From an uncultured Spirochaetota bacterium (GTDB lineage: Bacteria > Spirochaetota > Brevinematia > Brevinematales > JAOACQ01), in NCBI GenBank assembly GCA_963768055.1, contig CAVYGN010000001.1:1248001-1312000 (forward strand): a stretch of DNA of 64,000 bases. Direction: 5' to 3'. Under the pieces are notes generated by a model that had not been told where the DNA came from, did not search any database, and saw nothing but the letters and a program-made list of their open reading frames with translations. Shown here piece by piece: positions 40,939-50,511 of this stretch (position 1 is the first letter of the stretch; every line of letters starts with the position of its first letter). Both the position numbers and the translations under genes were made by a program.

Positions 40939-42045
40939 ATGAGGGCTGTAATCAGCGGCGGAAGGACCGGGGGGCATTTAATCCCAGGAATATCGATGTA
41001 TAGGGAAATTAAAAGCAGAAATATTAATTGCCGCTATATAATGAGCTCATTCGATCTTAATTACCCCGTCGTTGAAATCGTTGAAAAGGGCGACCGTTAT
41101 CTTCTCCCCCTTAAAAACATGTCAAGAAAATTATCCATAAAAACTCCTGTTTACATTATAAAAATTCTTATGACTTTTTTCAGGGTGCTGTGGCAGATAA
41201 GAAAATTCAATCCGGATTTTATTGTCATAACAGGAGGATATATATCGAATCCCGTCGCTTTATCCGCTGTCATTCTCAGGAAACCCCTTTATATAATAGA
41301 ACAGAACAGCGTCGCCGGCATCACTAACAGGTTTTACGCCCCGTTTTCAAGGAAAATATTTACTTCCTTTCCTGATACTAAAAAAATACCGTTAAAAAAA
41401 ACAGTCTTCTCCGGAAACCCCTCACTTTTCCATGAGAGGATTTCAGGAGATGTTGCAAGATCTTTTTTTAATCTTGGTGATTATAAAAGGATAGTAGGCG
41501 TAATTAGCGGAAGCCAGGGATCAAAAACAATCAATGAATGTTTAATTAAAATACTTCCGGAATTAACAAGAGACAATATCGGAATAATCTGGAGCGCAGG
41601 CTCGGTTGAATATGCAAAACTTTTAAATTCGAATGAGATTGACCGGCTGAAAAGTGAATACCCTAACCTGAGGGTCTATCAGTTCATTGAAAGGATGGAT
41701 TACTTTTTTTCAGCAGTTGACTGCGTGATTTCACGGGCCGGAGCTTCATCCATATCGGAACTTTTATATTATGAACGTCCGTCTCTATTGATACCTATAA
41801 AAAATTCCCCCGATAATCATCAGGCCCTTAACGCGTATTACTTGACATCGAACAACTGCGGGGTTGTAATTGATGAGGACGATTTGTCGCCCTCAATCTT
41901 ATCTGAAAAGTTGCTCCGGATGTTTGAAAACCTGTCTTATTACACTGAAATGATTAAAAAAATAAGCGGCATAAAGCCTCAATGCCCTGAAAAAGTCATA
42001 GTTGATAATATTATCGCTGATTATTTCGGTTTTAAGCCCTTTTAG
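40939..42045 (+). CDS. murG: Undecaprenyldiphospho-muramoylpentapeptide beta-N-acetylglucosaminyltransferase
   Basis: GGRTGGHLIPG, TGGYIS.P, EQNSVAG.TN, GSQG, SRAGASS, HQ..NA. Confidence 0.92.
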   Translation: MRAVISGGRTGGHLIPGISMYREIKSRNINCRYIMSSFDLNYPVVEIVEKGDRYLLPLKNMSRKLSIKTPVYIIKILMTFFRVLWQIRKFNPDFIVITGGYISNPVALSAVILRKPLYIIEQNSVAGITNRFYAPFSRKIFTSFPDTKKIPLKKTVFSGNPSLFHERISGDVARSFFNLGDYKRIVGVISGSQGSKTINECLIKILPELTRDNIGIIWSAGSVEYAKLLNSNEIDRLKSEYPNLRVYQFIERMDYFFSAVDCVISRAGASSISELLYYERPSLLIPIKNSPDNHQALNAYYLTSNNCGVVIDEDDLSPSILSEKLLRMFENLSYYTEMIKKISGIKPQCPEKVIVDNIIADYFGFKPF

Positions 42046-42070
42046 GGCACTTCTACTAACCGCCCTTTAG

Positions 42071-43435
42071 TCACCTTCTTCGGACTTCCTCAAAAATTGA
42101 ATTGAGCTTCGACAGGGTTTCATCATAATTAGATTTTTCAAATATACCTTGTTTAGTGAATTGTTCTATCTTCTGGATCTTACCCAGGGCATAATCGATA
42201 GATGGATTCGACCCCCTGACATAAGCCCCTATATTAATAAGGTCTTCAGAATCTCTGTATGTAGCAAGGACTTCCCTCAGCTTGTTCGCGTTCTTTTGCT
42301 GAACGTCCCCTGTAACATCGACCATAAGCCTGCTTATACTGTTCAGGATATCTATGGAAGGGTAGTGATTCTTTGAAGCCAGATTCCTGGATAGAATGAT
42401 ATGACCGTCAAGTATACCTCGTACTGCGTCCGAAATAGGCTCATTTACATCGTCGCCTTCGACGAGAACTGTATAAAATGCTGTAATGGTCCCTTTTTCA
42501 GCGGCTCCTGTCCTTTCAAGCAGTCTGGGAAGTACCGAGAAAACGCTTGGCGTATAACCCTTTGTAGCCGGAGGTTCCCCTATAGCAAGCCCCACCTCTC
42601 TCTGCGACATAGCAAACCTTGTTATCGAGTCCATCATCAGCATAACATCAAGGCCCTGGTCCCTGAAATACTCGGCGATAGTCGTTGCAACGTACGCCCC
42701 TCTTATCCTCAGAAGCGGGGGTTCGTTCGACGTAACAGATACTACTACTGATCTTTTCAATCCTTCCTCGCCAAGGTCCCTTTCTATGAAATCCCTTACT
42801 TCCCTTCCCCTTTCCCCTATTAACCCTATTACATTGATATCGGCTGTAGTATTGCGTGCAACCATGCCCAGCAGTGTAGATTTCCCGACTCCGCTTCCCG
42901 AAAATATGCCAATTCTCTGGCCCTTGCCGATTGTAAGCACGCCGTCTATTGCCTTGATACCCGTCGTTATAGGCTCTGTAATCCTTTTTCTCCTGTAAGC
43001 GTCTGGCGGTTTCCTGTCGACAGGATAATAATCCATCGCTTTAACGTCGCCCTTTCCGTCTACCGGGGTTCCGTCGCCGCCGAGGACCCTGCCGAGAAGC
43101 TCTCTGCCAACTGGAATTTCGAGCTTTCTTCCAAGATTGAGGATACGAATGCCCGGCGAAATCCCTTTGACTTCTCCGAGAGGCATTATTAAGGTTTTAT
43201 TTTTTTTAAATCCTACTACTTCCGCCTTCAGACTTCCCGGAGACTGCCCGTTAGTGTTTATCTGGCATACATCGCCAATTGAAGCGAACGGACCGACAGA
43301 TTCAATAGAAATTCCAACGACATCGCTTACCCTTCCGATTGTTTTAATAGTTACTGCTCTATCGAGCGACTTTTCATATTTAGTAAAAACATCTTTGTTT
43401 TTTGTATCTATTTCATCGGTAAGAGTTTCGGCCAT
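42071..43435 (-). CDS. fliI: Flagellar export ATPase FliI
   Basis: GSGVGKSTLLGM, IGERGREV, DSITRFAMSQRE. Confidence 0.96.
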   Translation of the reverse strand: MAETLTDEIDTKNKDVFTKYEKSLDRAVTIKTIGRVSDVVGISIESVGPFASIGDVCQINTNGQSPGSLKAEVVGFKKNKTLIMPLGEVKGISPGIRILNLGRKLEIPVGRELLGRVLGGDGTPVDGKGDVKAMDYYPVDRKPPDAYRRKRITEPITTGIKAIDGVLTIGKGQRIGIFSGSGVGKSTLLGMVARNTTADINVIGLIGERGREVRDFIERDLGEEGLKRSVVVSVTSNEPPLLRIRGAYVATTIAEYFRDQGLDVMLMMDSITRFAMSQREVGLAIGEPPATKGYTPSVFSVLPRLLERTGAAEKGTITAFYTVLVEGDDVNEPISDAVRGILDGHIILSRNLASKNHYPSIDILNSISRLMVDVTGDVQQKNANKLREVLATYRDSEDLINIGAYVRGSNPSIDYALGKIQKIEQFTKQGIFEKSNYDETLSKLNSIFEEVRRR

Positions 43436-43440
43436 GCGCG

Positions 43441-44469
43441 TTATCCTTTATCTTCAAGCAAAGATTTCTCTGCTATCTGAGATTCTTCAATTTCGTTTTC
43501 CAGTGCAGAACCGTTTTCCTTTGTTTCGGGCATTTTACCCTGAACTTTCATCGGCATATAATATTTAATTTTATTCTCGATTTCTTCAAGCTGAGTCGAT
43601 ACTTTGGCATCAATCTCACCGATATCGGTCTCGATATAAACCCCTCCCCGGTCGATTGCCGGATCTTCCAGTATTTTAACTTCAGGCATGCCTTCTATCA
43701 TTTTTATCAAATCTGCCTTGTGCCTGGTCACAAAATCGAAATCCTCACGGTTTACATGAATAAAAACCGTCATCGCTCCACGAACAAGCGACAGGGATTC
43801 CCTGACGTTGTTGATGACCATTTTATTATCTTCCTGGCTTAATTTTTTTACGATCTTTCTTACCATCGTCAGGACCAGATTGATAATCTGTCTTTCACTG
43901 TTAACAAGGATCTTCTCCCTTTCTTTTATAGTAGCTGCTATGATCGAATGAAGCCTTTCTACGACATTTTTCACTTCCTCGACGCCTTCCTTGTAACCCT
44001 CATCCCTCCCTGCTTCATAAGCTTCTTTTCTCGCCTGCCCGGTAAGTCTTTGCGCTTCTTCCCCGGCCTGTCTCAATATTTCGGATTCCTGTTCTCTTGC
44101 TTCGCTGATAATCCTTTCAACTTCGGCGGCCTGATCTTGCAAAGCTTTTTCTTTTTCTTCCATGGACTTTTTGACTCTTTCGAAGGCGTCCTTCTCCGCT
44201 TCTTTTTGAATGGCTTCCGCGTCAATTTCTGCTTTTTTGATTATTTCATCAGCTTCTTTTTCCCCGGCTTCCAGTTTAGCTGCTATTTCATTTTCAAGTT
44301 TTTTTATTTCATTATGAAGGTCATCGATCCTTTTATCCGATTCATCGACATCCTGCTCTTTGGTTTTCCTAAAAACTTTAGGCGCCTGGACAACAAATTT
44401 TGTATTCTCAATTAAATACTGTCCGGAGCGAAGTATTTTAGAATGAACATCGTTGAACGATTTTGCCAT
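43441..44469 (-). CDS. fliH: Flagellar assembly protein FliH
   Basis: Coiled coil with GxxxG repeats, GGVYIETDIGEIDA; sits between fliG and fliI. Confidence 0.9.
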   Translation of the reverse strand: MAKSFNDVHSKILRSGQYLIENTKFVVQAPKVFRKTKEQDVDESDKRIDDLHNEIKKLENEIAAKLEAGEKEADEIIKKAEIDAEAIQKEAEKDAFERVKKSMEEKEKALQDQAAEVERIISEAREQESEILRQAGEEAQRLTGQARKEAYEAGRDEGYKEGVEEVKNVVERLHSIIAATIKEREKILVNSERQIINLVLTMVRKIVKKLSQEDNKMVINNVRESLSLVRGAMTVFIHVNREDFDFVTRHKADLIKMIEGMPEVKILEDPAIDRGGVYIETDIGEIDAKVSTQLEEIENKIKYYMPMKVQGKMPETKENGSALENEIEESQIAEKSLLEDKG

Positions 44470-44491
44470 TATAATCCCCCGAAAAAACAAC

Positions 44492-45604
44492 CTAAACTAT
44501 AATCTCGTCTTCTGCATTTCTGGACAGGACGATCTCTCCCTGTTCCTCCAGCTTCCTGATTATATTTACTATTTTTTGCTGAGCTTCTTCAACGTCTTTC
44601 AGCCTTATCGGCCCCATATATTCCATATCCTCCTTGAGCATCTGAGCGGCCCTTTTCGACATATTCCTGTATATCTTATCCTGGACTTCAGGATCAACCG
44701 CTTTAAGGGCTTTAGCAAGATCGGAGGTATCGACATGCCTCAACACTTTCTGAATAGACCTGTCGTCAAGAGTTATCACATCTTCGAAAACGAACATCTT
44801 CTTCTTGATTTCTTCAGCCAGGTCGGGATCGTCTTCTTCAAGCGCTTCTATGATGTTCCTCTCTGTCGACCTGTCGGCATTGTTTAGTATCGCGACGACC
44901 GAATCGATACCTCCGGCCGATGTATAATCCTCGCTTGCCAGTGTGGAAAGCTTCCTCTCGAGCACCCTTTCAACTTCCCGCAATATTTCCGGAGAAGTCC
45001 TGTCCATCGTTGCTATCCTTTTAGCAACATCAGCCTGAATTTCATGGGGCAGGGCGCTTATAATATGAGCGGCCTTTTGCGAATCAAGATAAGACAGGAT
45101 AAGGGCTATTGTCTGGGGGTGTTCGTTTTGAATAAAGTTTATCAGATGAACAGGGTCTGTTCTTCTGATAAAATCAAACGGCTTTGTCTGCAATGATGAG
45201 GTAAGCCTGTTGATAATGTCGACGGCTTTTTGAGTTCCGAGGGCTCTTTCAAGGACTTCCCTGGCGTAATCCACACCGCCGTTTACTATAAAGTCCTGGG
45301 CCATCATCAATTCCTGGAATTCCATCAATACGGAGTCCCTTTCTTCAGAATCGACCCTATCGATCCTGGCTATTTCAAATGTCAGTTCTTCCACTTCATC
45401 TTCTTTTAGATGTTTGAATATATCAGCCGAAACTTCCGGACCAATGGATACAAGGAATACTGCAGCTTTTTCCCTTCCTGTGAGCGCCTTTTTCTTTTCC
45501 CTCTTTCCACCGGCTTTACCCTTATGTCCGCCGGTTCCCTGGGTCTGTTCGGCTGTTGCGGTTAAATCGGGATTTCCCGACGCAGGCATTTTATTTTCAG
45601 CCAT
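44492..45604 (-). CDS. fliG: Flagellar motor switch protein FliG
   Basis: KAAVFL, GGVDYA, EHPQTIALILS, MFVFED, NMSKRAA. Confidence 0.97.
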   Translation of the reverse strand: MAENKMPASGNPDLTATAEQTQGTGGHKGKAGGKREKKKALTGREKAAVFLVSIGPEVSADIFKHLKEDEVEELTFEIARIDRVDSEERDSVLMEFQELMMAQDFIVNGGVDYAREVLERALGTQKAVDIINRLTSSLQTKPFDFIRRTDPVHLINFIQNEHPQTIALILSYLDSQKAAHIISALPHEIQADVAKRIATMDRTSPEILREVERVLERKLSTLASEDYTSAGGIDSVVAILNNADRSTERNIIEALEEDDPDLAEEIKKKMFVFEDVITLDDRSIQKVLRHVDTSDLAKALKAVDPEVQDKIYRNMSKRAAQMLKEDMEYMGPIRLKDVEEAQQKIVNIIRKLEEQGEIVLSRNAEDEIIV

Positions 45605-45613
45605 ATATTCCTC

Positions 45614-47317
45614 CTATTCCTCAGCCAGCCAGGTTCTGATAAGGCGGGAGACATCGTCTGGCCTTTCCCTGGAAATATTGATGGCATTTTCCAGTAGTTC
45701 CGCCCTGGCTTTCTCTTCAATCGAAAGTTCGACTGTCGCAGCTTCTTCCTCCGCCGCTCTTAATGCAGCTTCTCTCATTGCCTGCTGCTGGCGTGAGATT
45801 TCTTCTTCTCTTAACCTTCTTCTTCTCTCAAATTCCCTGGCAACGGCTCTGTAAGCCAGGGTCGCCAGGAACAGGAAAAACAGCACGACAATTGATGCCA
45901 AAAGCGTTCTTCTAAGCTGGATCTTTTTTCTTATGCTTTCATTATCCTTTTCAAATTCTTTTGTATGATCAAAGGGTATCGACCTTACAACTACTTCATC
46001 GCCGCGTTTTATATCATAATTTACTGCACCTTTCAGCCAATCTTCGAAACCTTTCAAGCTGGCATCGTCAACCGGATGATAGATCCGTGCGACTATTCCC
46101 CCGTTTGTAATTATGGGGTCTCCATCGTCTTTACGAAGTATTTCCCATATTCCATCAATAGCTACAGCCACCGAGATCCTCTTGATTTCATAAGGGGCTT
46201 TCTCTTCAGTGACTTTTTCTTTACTGTTTTGATAATTTACAATATTCTCATTCTTCTGATAATGAGTAAAACGGTCCATTTTATCCTTTAACGCCGGCGG
46301 GACGTTGTTCTCAACGCCTGCAGGACCTTCGGGAACATACGCAGGACCCTGGAAGTCCTCCTTGGTTTCTTTTTGACTTACAGGGATATTTACCTCGTTC
46401 GAACTATTGTCATAAGAAAGCGTAGGGTCCCTTTCCCTGACGACAGTGGGAATGATCTTGTCCGCTTCGGATTTTTTCTTGGTCCAGTCGAATTCAATAT
46501 CCGCTGAAACTGCCAGTCTTTCAGGGCTTACAGATTTGGTCAGTTCATTTTTAATTTTGGCTATCAGAATGGCCTGTTCCCTTTCTTTAATTTTCAAGTG
46601 TTCCCTTGCCAGTTTTATACCGTCCGAGCCCTCGTCCGGAACCAAAAGGTCCGAAAGGACATTGCCTTTATCATCGACAACGACAATATTTTCAGGTTTT
46701 AAATTTGGGATGCCGTAAGCGACAAGATTGACAATGCCCTTTACCTTGTTTTTATTTTCAATAAAATCCGAATAAGGTTTCGGCGTTATAAGCACAGAAG
46801 CCGTAGTCGGCGATTGATAGTCGGAATAGAGGGATTCTTTCGGGAAACTAATCTCGATCGAAACATCTTCTATATCGTCAAGATTTTTCAGGTGTTTTAC
46901 CATTTCGCCTATTATCGCCCTCTGCAGGTTGACATTCCTTTCGAAATCGGTAGTGGTAAATTTCTCGGTGTCGAATAATTCCCAGCCCTTAACGTTGGAC
47001 GGAATGATCCCTTCCTGGCCCAGTCTCATCCTGATGGTGCGGCTCTGGGTTTCATCATTCAGCAAAACATACTTATCGTCTTTAGTTTCGAACTTGATGT
47101 TCCATTCGCTAAGTTTTTTTGTAACCCTGGCATATTCCTCCGCTGAAAGCGGGGATTTGTAAAGCATCGAATAGCTCTGCTTGGTTGAAATATTCGCCAG
47201 GAAAATTACCGAACCAATGACGCCCAGGAGTATTGCGCCAAGTATAAGCCTTTGTGTGAGGGTCATCTTATTAAAGATTTCCTGGAACCTCTTCAGAATT
47301 TCACTAAAATCTGGCAT
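45614..47317 (-). CDS. fliF: Flagellar M-ring protein FliF
   Basis: GWELFD...TTDFER, RISVAVAIDG, C-terminal LIRTWL. Confidence 0.95.
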   Translation of the reverse strand: MPDFSEILKRFQEIFNKMTLTQRLILGAILLGVIGSVIFLANISTKQSYSMLYKSPLSAEEYARVTKKLSEWNIKFETKDDKYVLLNDETQSRTIRMRLGQEGIIPSNVKGWELFDTEKFTTTDFERNVNLQRAIIGEMVKHLKNLDDIEDVSIEISFPKESLYSDYQSPTTASVLITPKPYSDFIENKNKVKGIVNLVAYGIPNLKPENIVVVDDKGNVLSDLLVPDEGSDGIKLAREHLKIKEREQAILIAKIKNELTKSVSPERLAVSADIEFDWTKKKSEADKIIPTVVRERDPTLSYDNSSNEVNIPVSQKETKEDFQGPAYVPEGPAGVENNVPPALKDKMDRFTHYQKNENIVNYQNSKEKVTEEKAPYEIKRISVAVAIDGIWEILRKDDGDPIITNGGIVARIYHPVDDASLKGFEDWLKGAVNYDIKRGDEVVVRSIPFDHTKEFEKDNESIRKKIQLRRTLLASIVVLFFLFLATLAYRAVAREFERRRRLREEEISRQQQAMREAALRAAEEEAATVELSIEEKARAELLENAINISRERPDDVSRLIRTWLAEE

Positions 47318-47336
47318 TTTCCCCTCCTCCCCTGTA

Positions 47337-47669
47337 CTACCTCAACATCATGATATCGTTATAGGCCTTCATCGCTTTTTCAGTGATACTCTTTAAAAAT
47401 GACAATGACATTCTTGCTTTTTCAGAAGCAATCATGACTTCATGAACATCTACCTTTTCGGGGCTAAGTACCATTTGTTTCTCAAGATCGTCATAGTCGT
47501 TCGAGAGATCATCAGCTTTGTTGACCGCATCGAATAAAACCTGGGAGAATGGAGCAGTGTTCTTTTCCATTTTGTGAGCAATCACACCGTTTTCGTCGAA
47601 ATGTAGATCGCTTGTGGTTTTAAGTCCGGGATTACTCCCTGTAACCTGATCTCTTGTAATAGGTTGCAT
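47337..47669 (-). CDS. fliE: Flagellar hook-basal body protein FliE
   Basis: DVHEVMIASEKA...AYNDIM. Confidence 0.9.
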   Translation of the reverse strand: MQPITRDQVTGSNPGLKTTSDLHFDENGVIAHKMEKNTAPFSQVLFDAVNKADDLSNDYDDLEKQMVLSPEKVDVHEVMIASEKARMSLSFLKSITEKAMKAYNDIMMLR

Positions 47670-47765
47670 CTTATACCCCTCCTCTCCGTAGTAATTTTTT
47701 AACTACTATAATTATGACTCTATTTTTTTCAATTTTGCAAGCTTTTTAAAAAAAATATTTTTCAT

Positions 47766-48221
47766 TTATTTACCTATGCTTAAAGCTTTTTCAAACATCT
47801 GCCTTGCGGAGTTTATGACAGTTACATTTGCTTCATAACTCCTGTTGGCAGCTATCATATCTACCATTTCCTCTACTATATTTACATTTGGGTACATAAC
47901 GTAACCCTTAAACTTACCGGATTGAATAGCATCCGGATGCGTCGGATCATATACCATCCTCGGTGGTTTTTCATCTTTTTCAATTTTAAGGACCCTTACG
48001 CCGTCGCCGATCTGTTTTTTTAAATTATCTGGCAGAAGATAAGACTTAAATGTCAGACTGTCGTCGATCGGCCGTAAAATGATACTTGAACGCTGGAAAG
48101 GACCTCCTTCGGTCGTTCTCGTTGTTGTCGAATTGGCTATGTTATTCGCTATAACATCAAGTCTGAGCCTCTGTGCAGTCAAGCCGCTTCCGCTTATATT
48201 TAACGTACTGAACATTCCCAT
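47766..48221 (-). CDS. flgC: Flagellar basal-body rod protein FlgC
   Basis: SGLTAQRLRLDVIANNIAN, YDPTHPDA, RSYEAN. Confidence 0.96.
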   Translation of the reverse strand: MGMFSTLNISGSGLTAQRLRLDVIANNIANSTTTRTTEGGPFQRSSIILRPIDDSLTFKSYLLPDNLKKQIGDGVRVLKIEKDEKPPRMVYDPTHPDAIQSGKFKGYVMYPNVNIVEEMVDMIAANRSYEANVTVINSARQMFEKALSIGK

Positions 48222-48232
48222 CTATCCCCTCC

Positions 48233-48655
48233 CTATCTCATCATCAAATCAAGGATTTTTAAATTACGAGAATAACTTTCAACGAGGGCGTTGTATTGAA
48301 GCGAATTCTTAGTGGCGTCAGTCATTTCTTTATCGATATCCACATTATTTTTATCATTTTTACTTATGGAGTCGTATTCTACCTGGATCTTGGGTTTTAC
48401 AGTCCTGTAATCAATCATATCGTCGAAAGATATATGCCTTTTGTCGGTAAGTAATGCCGGAAACTCAGGTTCCTTCTCCGATTCAACAGCCCTCTGAAGC
48501 TGTGATTCGAAAGTCACTTCGGATCTTTTAAAAAAGGGGGTATCGGCGTTTGCAATATTGTCGGCGATTACATCCCTTCTGAGAACATTCGCATTAAGCG
48601 CCATTTCGATCATTTCCATCTTTTTCCCGTAACCGGTACTGACATCGAAAAACAT
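48233..48655 (-). CDS. flgB: Flagellar basal-body rod protein FlgB
   Basis: IADNIANADTP, NNVDIDKEM. Confidence 0.95.
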   Translation of the reverse strand: MFFDVSTGYGKKMEMIEMALNANVLRRDVIADNIANADTPFFKRSEVTFESQLQRAVESEKEPEFPALLTDKRHISFDDMIDYRTVKPKIQVEYDSISKNDKNNVDIDKEMTDATKNSLQYNALVESYSRNLKILDLMMR

Positions 48656-48692
48656 ACGATCTCCTTAATAATTATAAGGTTCTCTTTAAAAA

Positions 48693-48719
48693 ATATCGGA
48701 AAATAATTAACTATGATTA
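48693..48719 (-). promoter_or_regulatory. Putative sigma28 (FliA)-type promoter of the flgB operon
   Basis: TAAT-N15-TCCGATAT on the minus strand, versus consensus TAAA-N15-GCCGATAA. Confidence 0.45.
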
Positions 48720-48743
48720 GTATTTTCTTAAAAACTTGATCTG

Positions 48744-48871
48744 TGTCATTTCGAGCGAAGCGTTTATCCTGTAGGGTTTATCCCGTCCTAGCGGGGAAGA
48801 AATCTTCCCTGACTCCAAAGAAGATTTCTCGTCATACAGCCCCTTCAGGGGCTGTTATCCTCGAAATGACA
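48744..48871. repeat. REP/REPIN-like palindromic element, family B
   Basis: Terminal IR TGTCATTTCGAG / CTCGAAATGACA; inner IR AGAAATCTT / AAGATTTCT; hairpin ACAGCCCC-TTCA-GGGGCTGT. Confidence 0.75.
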
Positions 48872-48891
48872 AGGTTTTCAAATCAACTATT

Positions 48892-49311
48892 CTATTTCCA
48901 ATAGGCCAGTATTACTCCCATGACTAAGAGCGATATCAGCCAGAAAGCGTTATCCAGGATCCAGAGCTTCCATGGTCTTTTTTCATAAAGTACACCGTAA
49001 AGAGTCACTGGAGCGAAAAACCCTATCCAGTTGAAAAACCCGACCATCAGCCCCCCGGCAAAACTCGTCATAGGCCAACCCGCTGTTTTAAAGTAGCCTG
49101 AAGCGAAAATCAGGGCATGATCGAGAACGTAGCTTATCAGAAGGGCCCCGATAATGCCCAGAATTATAGTACCTGCGTTAGGCTTCATTTCTTTTAGTCC
49201 TGTCAGTTTCAGCCAGGTTTTCTGGAAGATCAACGAATACCAGATGTAGGCAATTATATAATTAGCTATCGCAGCTACAACTACCGCCAAATAGTTAATA
49301 GGAACTGTCAT
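48892..49311 (-). CDS. DUF1761 family membrane protein
   Basis: INYLAVVVAA...IWYS..F.K.W, YEKRPWKLW. Confidence 0.8.
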   Translation of the reverse strand: MTVPINYLAVVVAAIANYIIAYIWYSLIFQKTWLKLTGLKEMKPNAGTIILGIIGALLISYVLDHALIFASGYFKTAGWPMTSFAGGLMVGFFNWIGFFAPVTLYGVLYEKRPWKLWILDNAFWLISLLVMGVILAYWK

Positions 49312-49478
49312 ATATTCCTTCTTTATTTATCTATATATAAGATATTTAAATAAGCAGGATTAAAACGTCAAATTTTTTTCCGGCATACTTCAGCCTGCAG
49401 TCGATAGTCGGCAGTCGCCATTTTGTTCTCTGTTGACTAATTAATTGTGCTTTAATGTGCTTTATTGTTCTTTTTTAA

Positions 49479-49646
49479 GGTCGCTTCTAAATACCTTCGG
49501 ATAGGAAGCCTCCCCTATCGGGGATAAACCCATCCGGGGACAAGCGCACCTGTCCTGGGGCCAGGCACCAGGGCCCATTGGGCATATATTTAAAGTTATA
49601 CTGAACCTGATTCAATGGTAATATTCTTTAAATATTAGAACTGCCC
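49479..49646 (+). repeat. MITE-like repeat family A, copy 3
   Basis: Identical 37-nt core at 49542-49578; ends TTAA-GGTCGCTTCTAA ... TTAGAACTGCCC-TTAA. Confidence 0.8.
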
Positions 49647-49702
49647 TTAACCGAATATTAATTTTTTCTTAATAAAAATTAAATGATTACCGGTTTATAA
49701 TC

Positions 49703-50482
49703 ATGCAAAAAAGAAGAATTTCAATGAAATTTAATTCAATTTTCAGGAAAAAGCTTCCCTATTTAACCATGCCTGAACGCATTGTTCTCAGATCCATTCT
49801 CTTTCTTTTCAAAGGCCTGATAACTGTTAATAATGAAAATTCTCTTGCAGGCCTCGAAGACCCGGTAATTTTTGCCTTTAATCATAATTCTCATTATGAA
49901 ACATTTTTATTAGGAAGCTATCTGATATTTAAGAGGGATGGAAAAAAAATTTCATTCATCATCGATTGGATGTTCAGGTTCCTGCCTATAGCCGGCTGGA
50001 TAATCAACAGGTCAAATCCTGTTTATGTTTATAACAAGCCCTCAACGATAGGCTTATTAAACAGGTTTTTTAAAGCTGAAACCGGAACAAAAGTATATGA
50101 ACAGTGCTCAAGATTAATTTCGGATAAAGTGAGCCTTGGAATTTTCCCGGAGGGAACCATAAATCGCGACCCCGGTTTTTTAAAGAAGGCTAAATCAGGG
50201 GCAGCCAGGATAGTGTTGAATACAAACGCAGGAGTCGTTCCGATTGGGATTGATTTTCTCCATAGGGAAAAGAGGAAAACAAGCCCATTGTTCGGCCCTA
50301 TTATTTTCAATATTGGAGAAAAAATGTGTTTCTCAGAATATTATGAACTCGCCTGTAAACTCAGGGATTCAGAAATCCCGGAACATGAAAGAAAGATATC
50401 TGAGATCAATATACGGAATATCATTACTCATAAAATTATGAGCGAAATTTCCCGTTTATCGGGAAAGATTTATCCTTTTTAA
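49703..50482 (+). CDS. PlsC-type lysophospholipid/lyso-aminolipid acyltransferase
   Basis: NHNSHYE (HX4E variant), IFPEGT, GAARI, VVPIGI; start could be 49724. Confidence 0.8.
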   Translation: MQKRRISMKFNSIFRKKLPYLTMPERIVLRSILFLFKGLITVNNENSLAGLEDPVIFAFNHNSHYETFLLGSYLIFKRDGKKISFIIDWMFRFLPIAGWIINRSNPVYVYNKPSTIGLLNRFFKAETGTKVYEQCSRLISDKVSLGIFPEGTINRDPGFLKKAKSGAARIVLNTNAGVVPIGIDFLHREKRKTSPLFGPIIFNIGEKMCFSEYYELACKLRDSEIPEHERKISEINIRNIITHKIMSEISRLSGKIYPF

Positions 50483-50511
50483 AAATTATATGCCTTATAT
50501 AGGAGGGGTTT

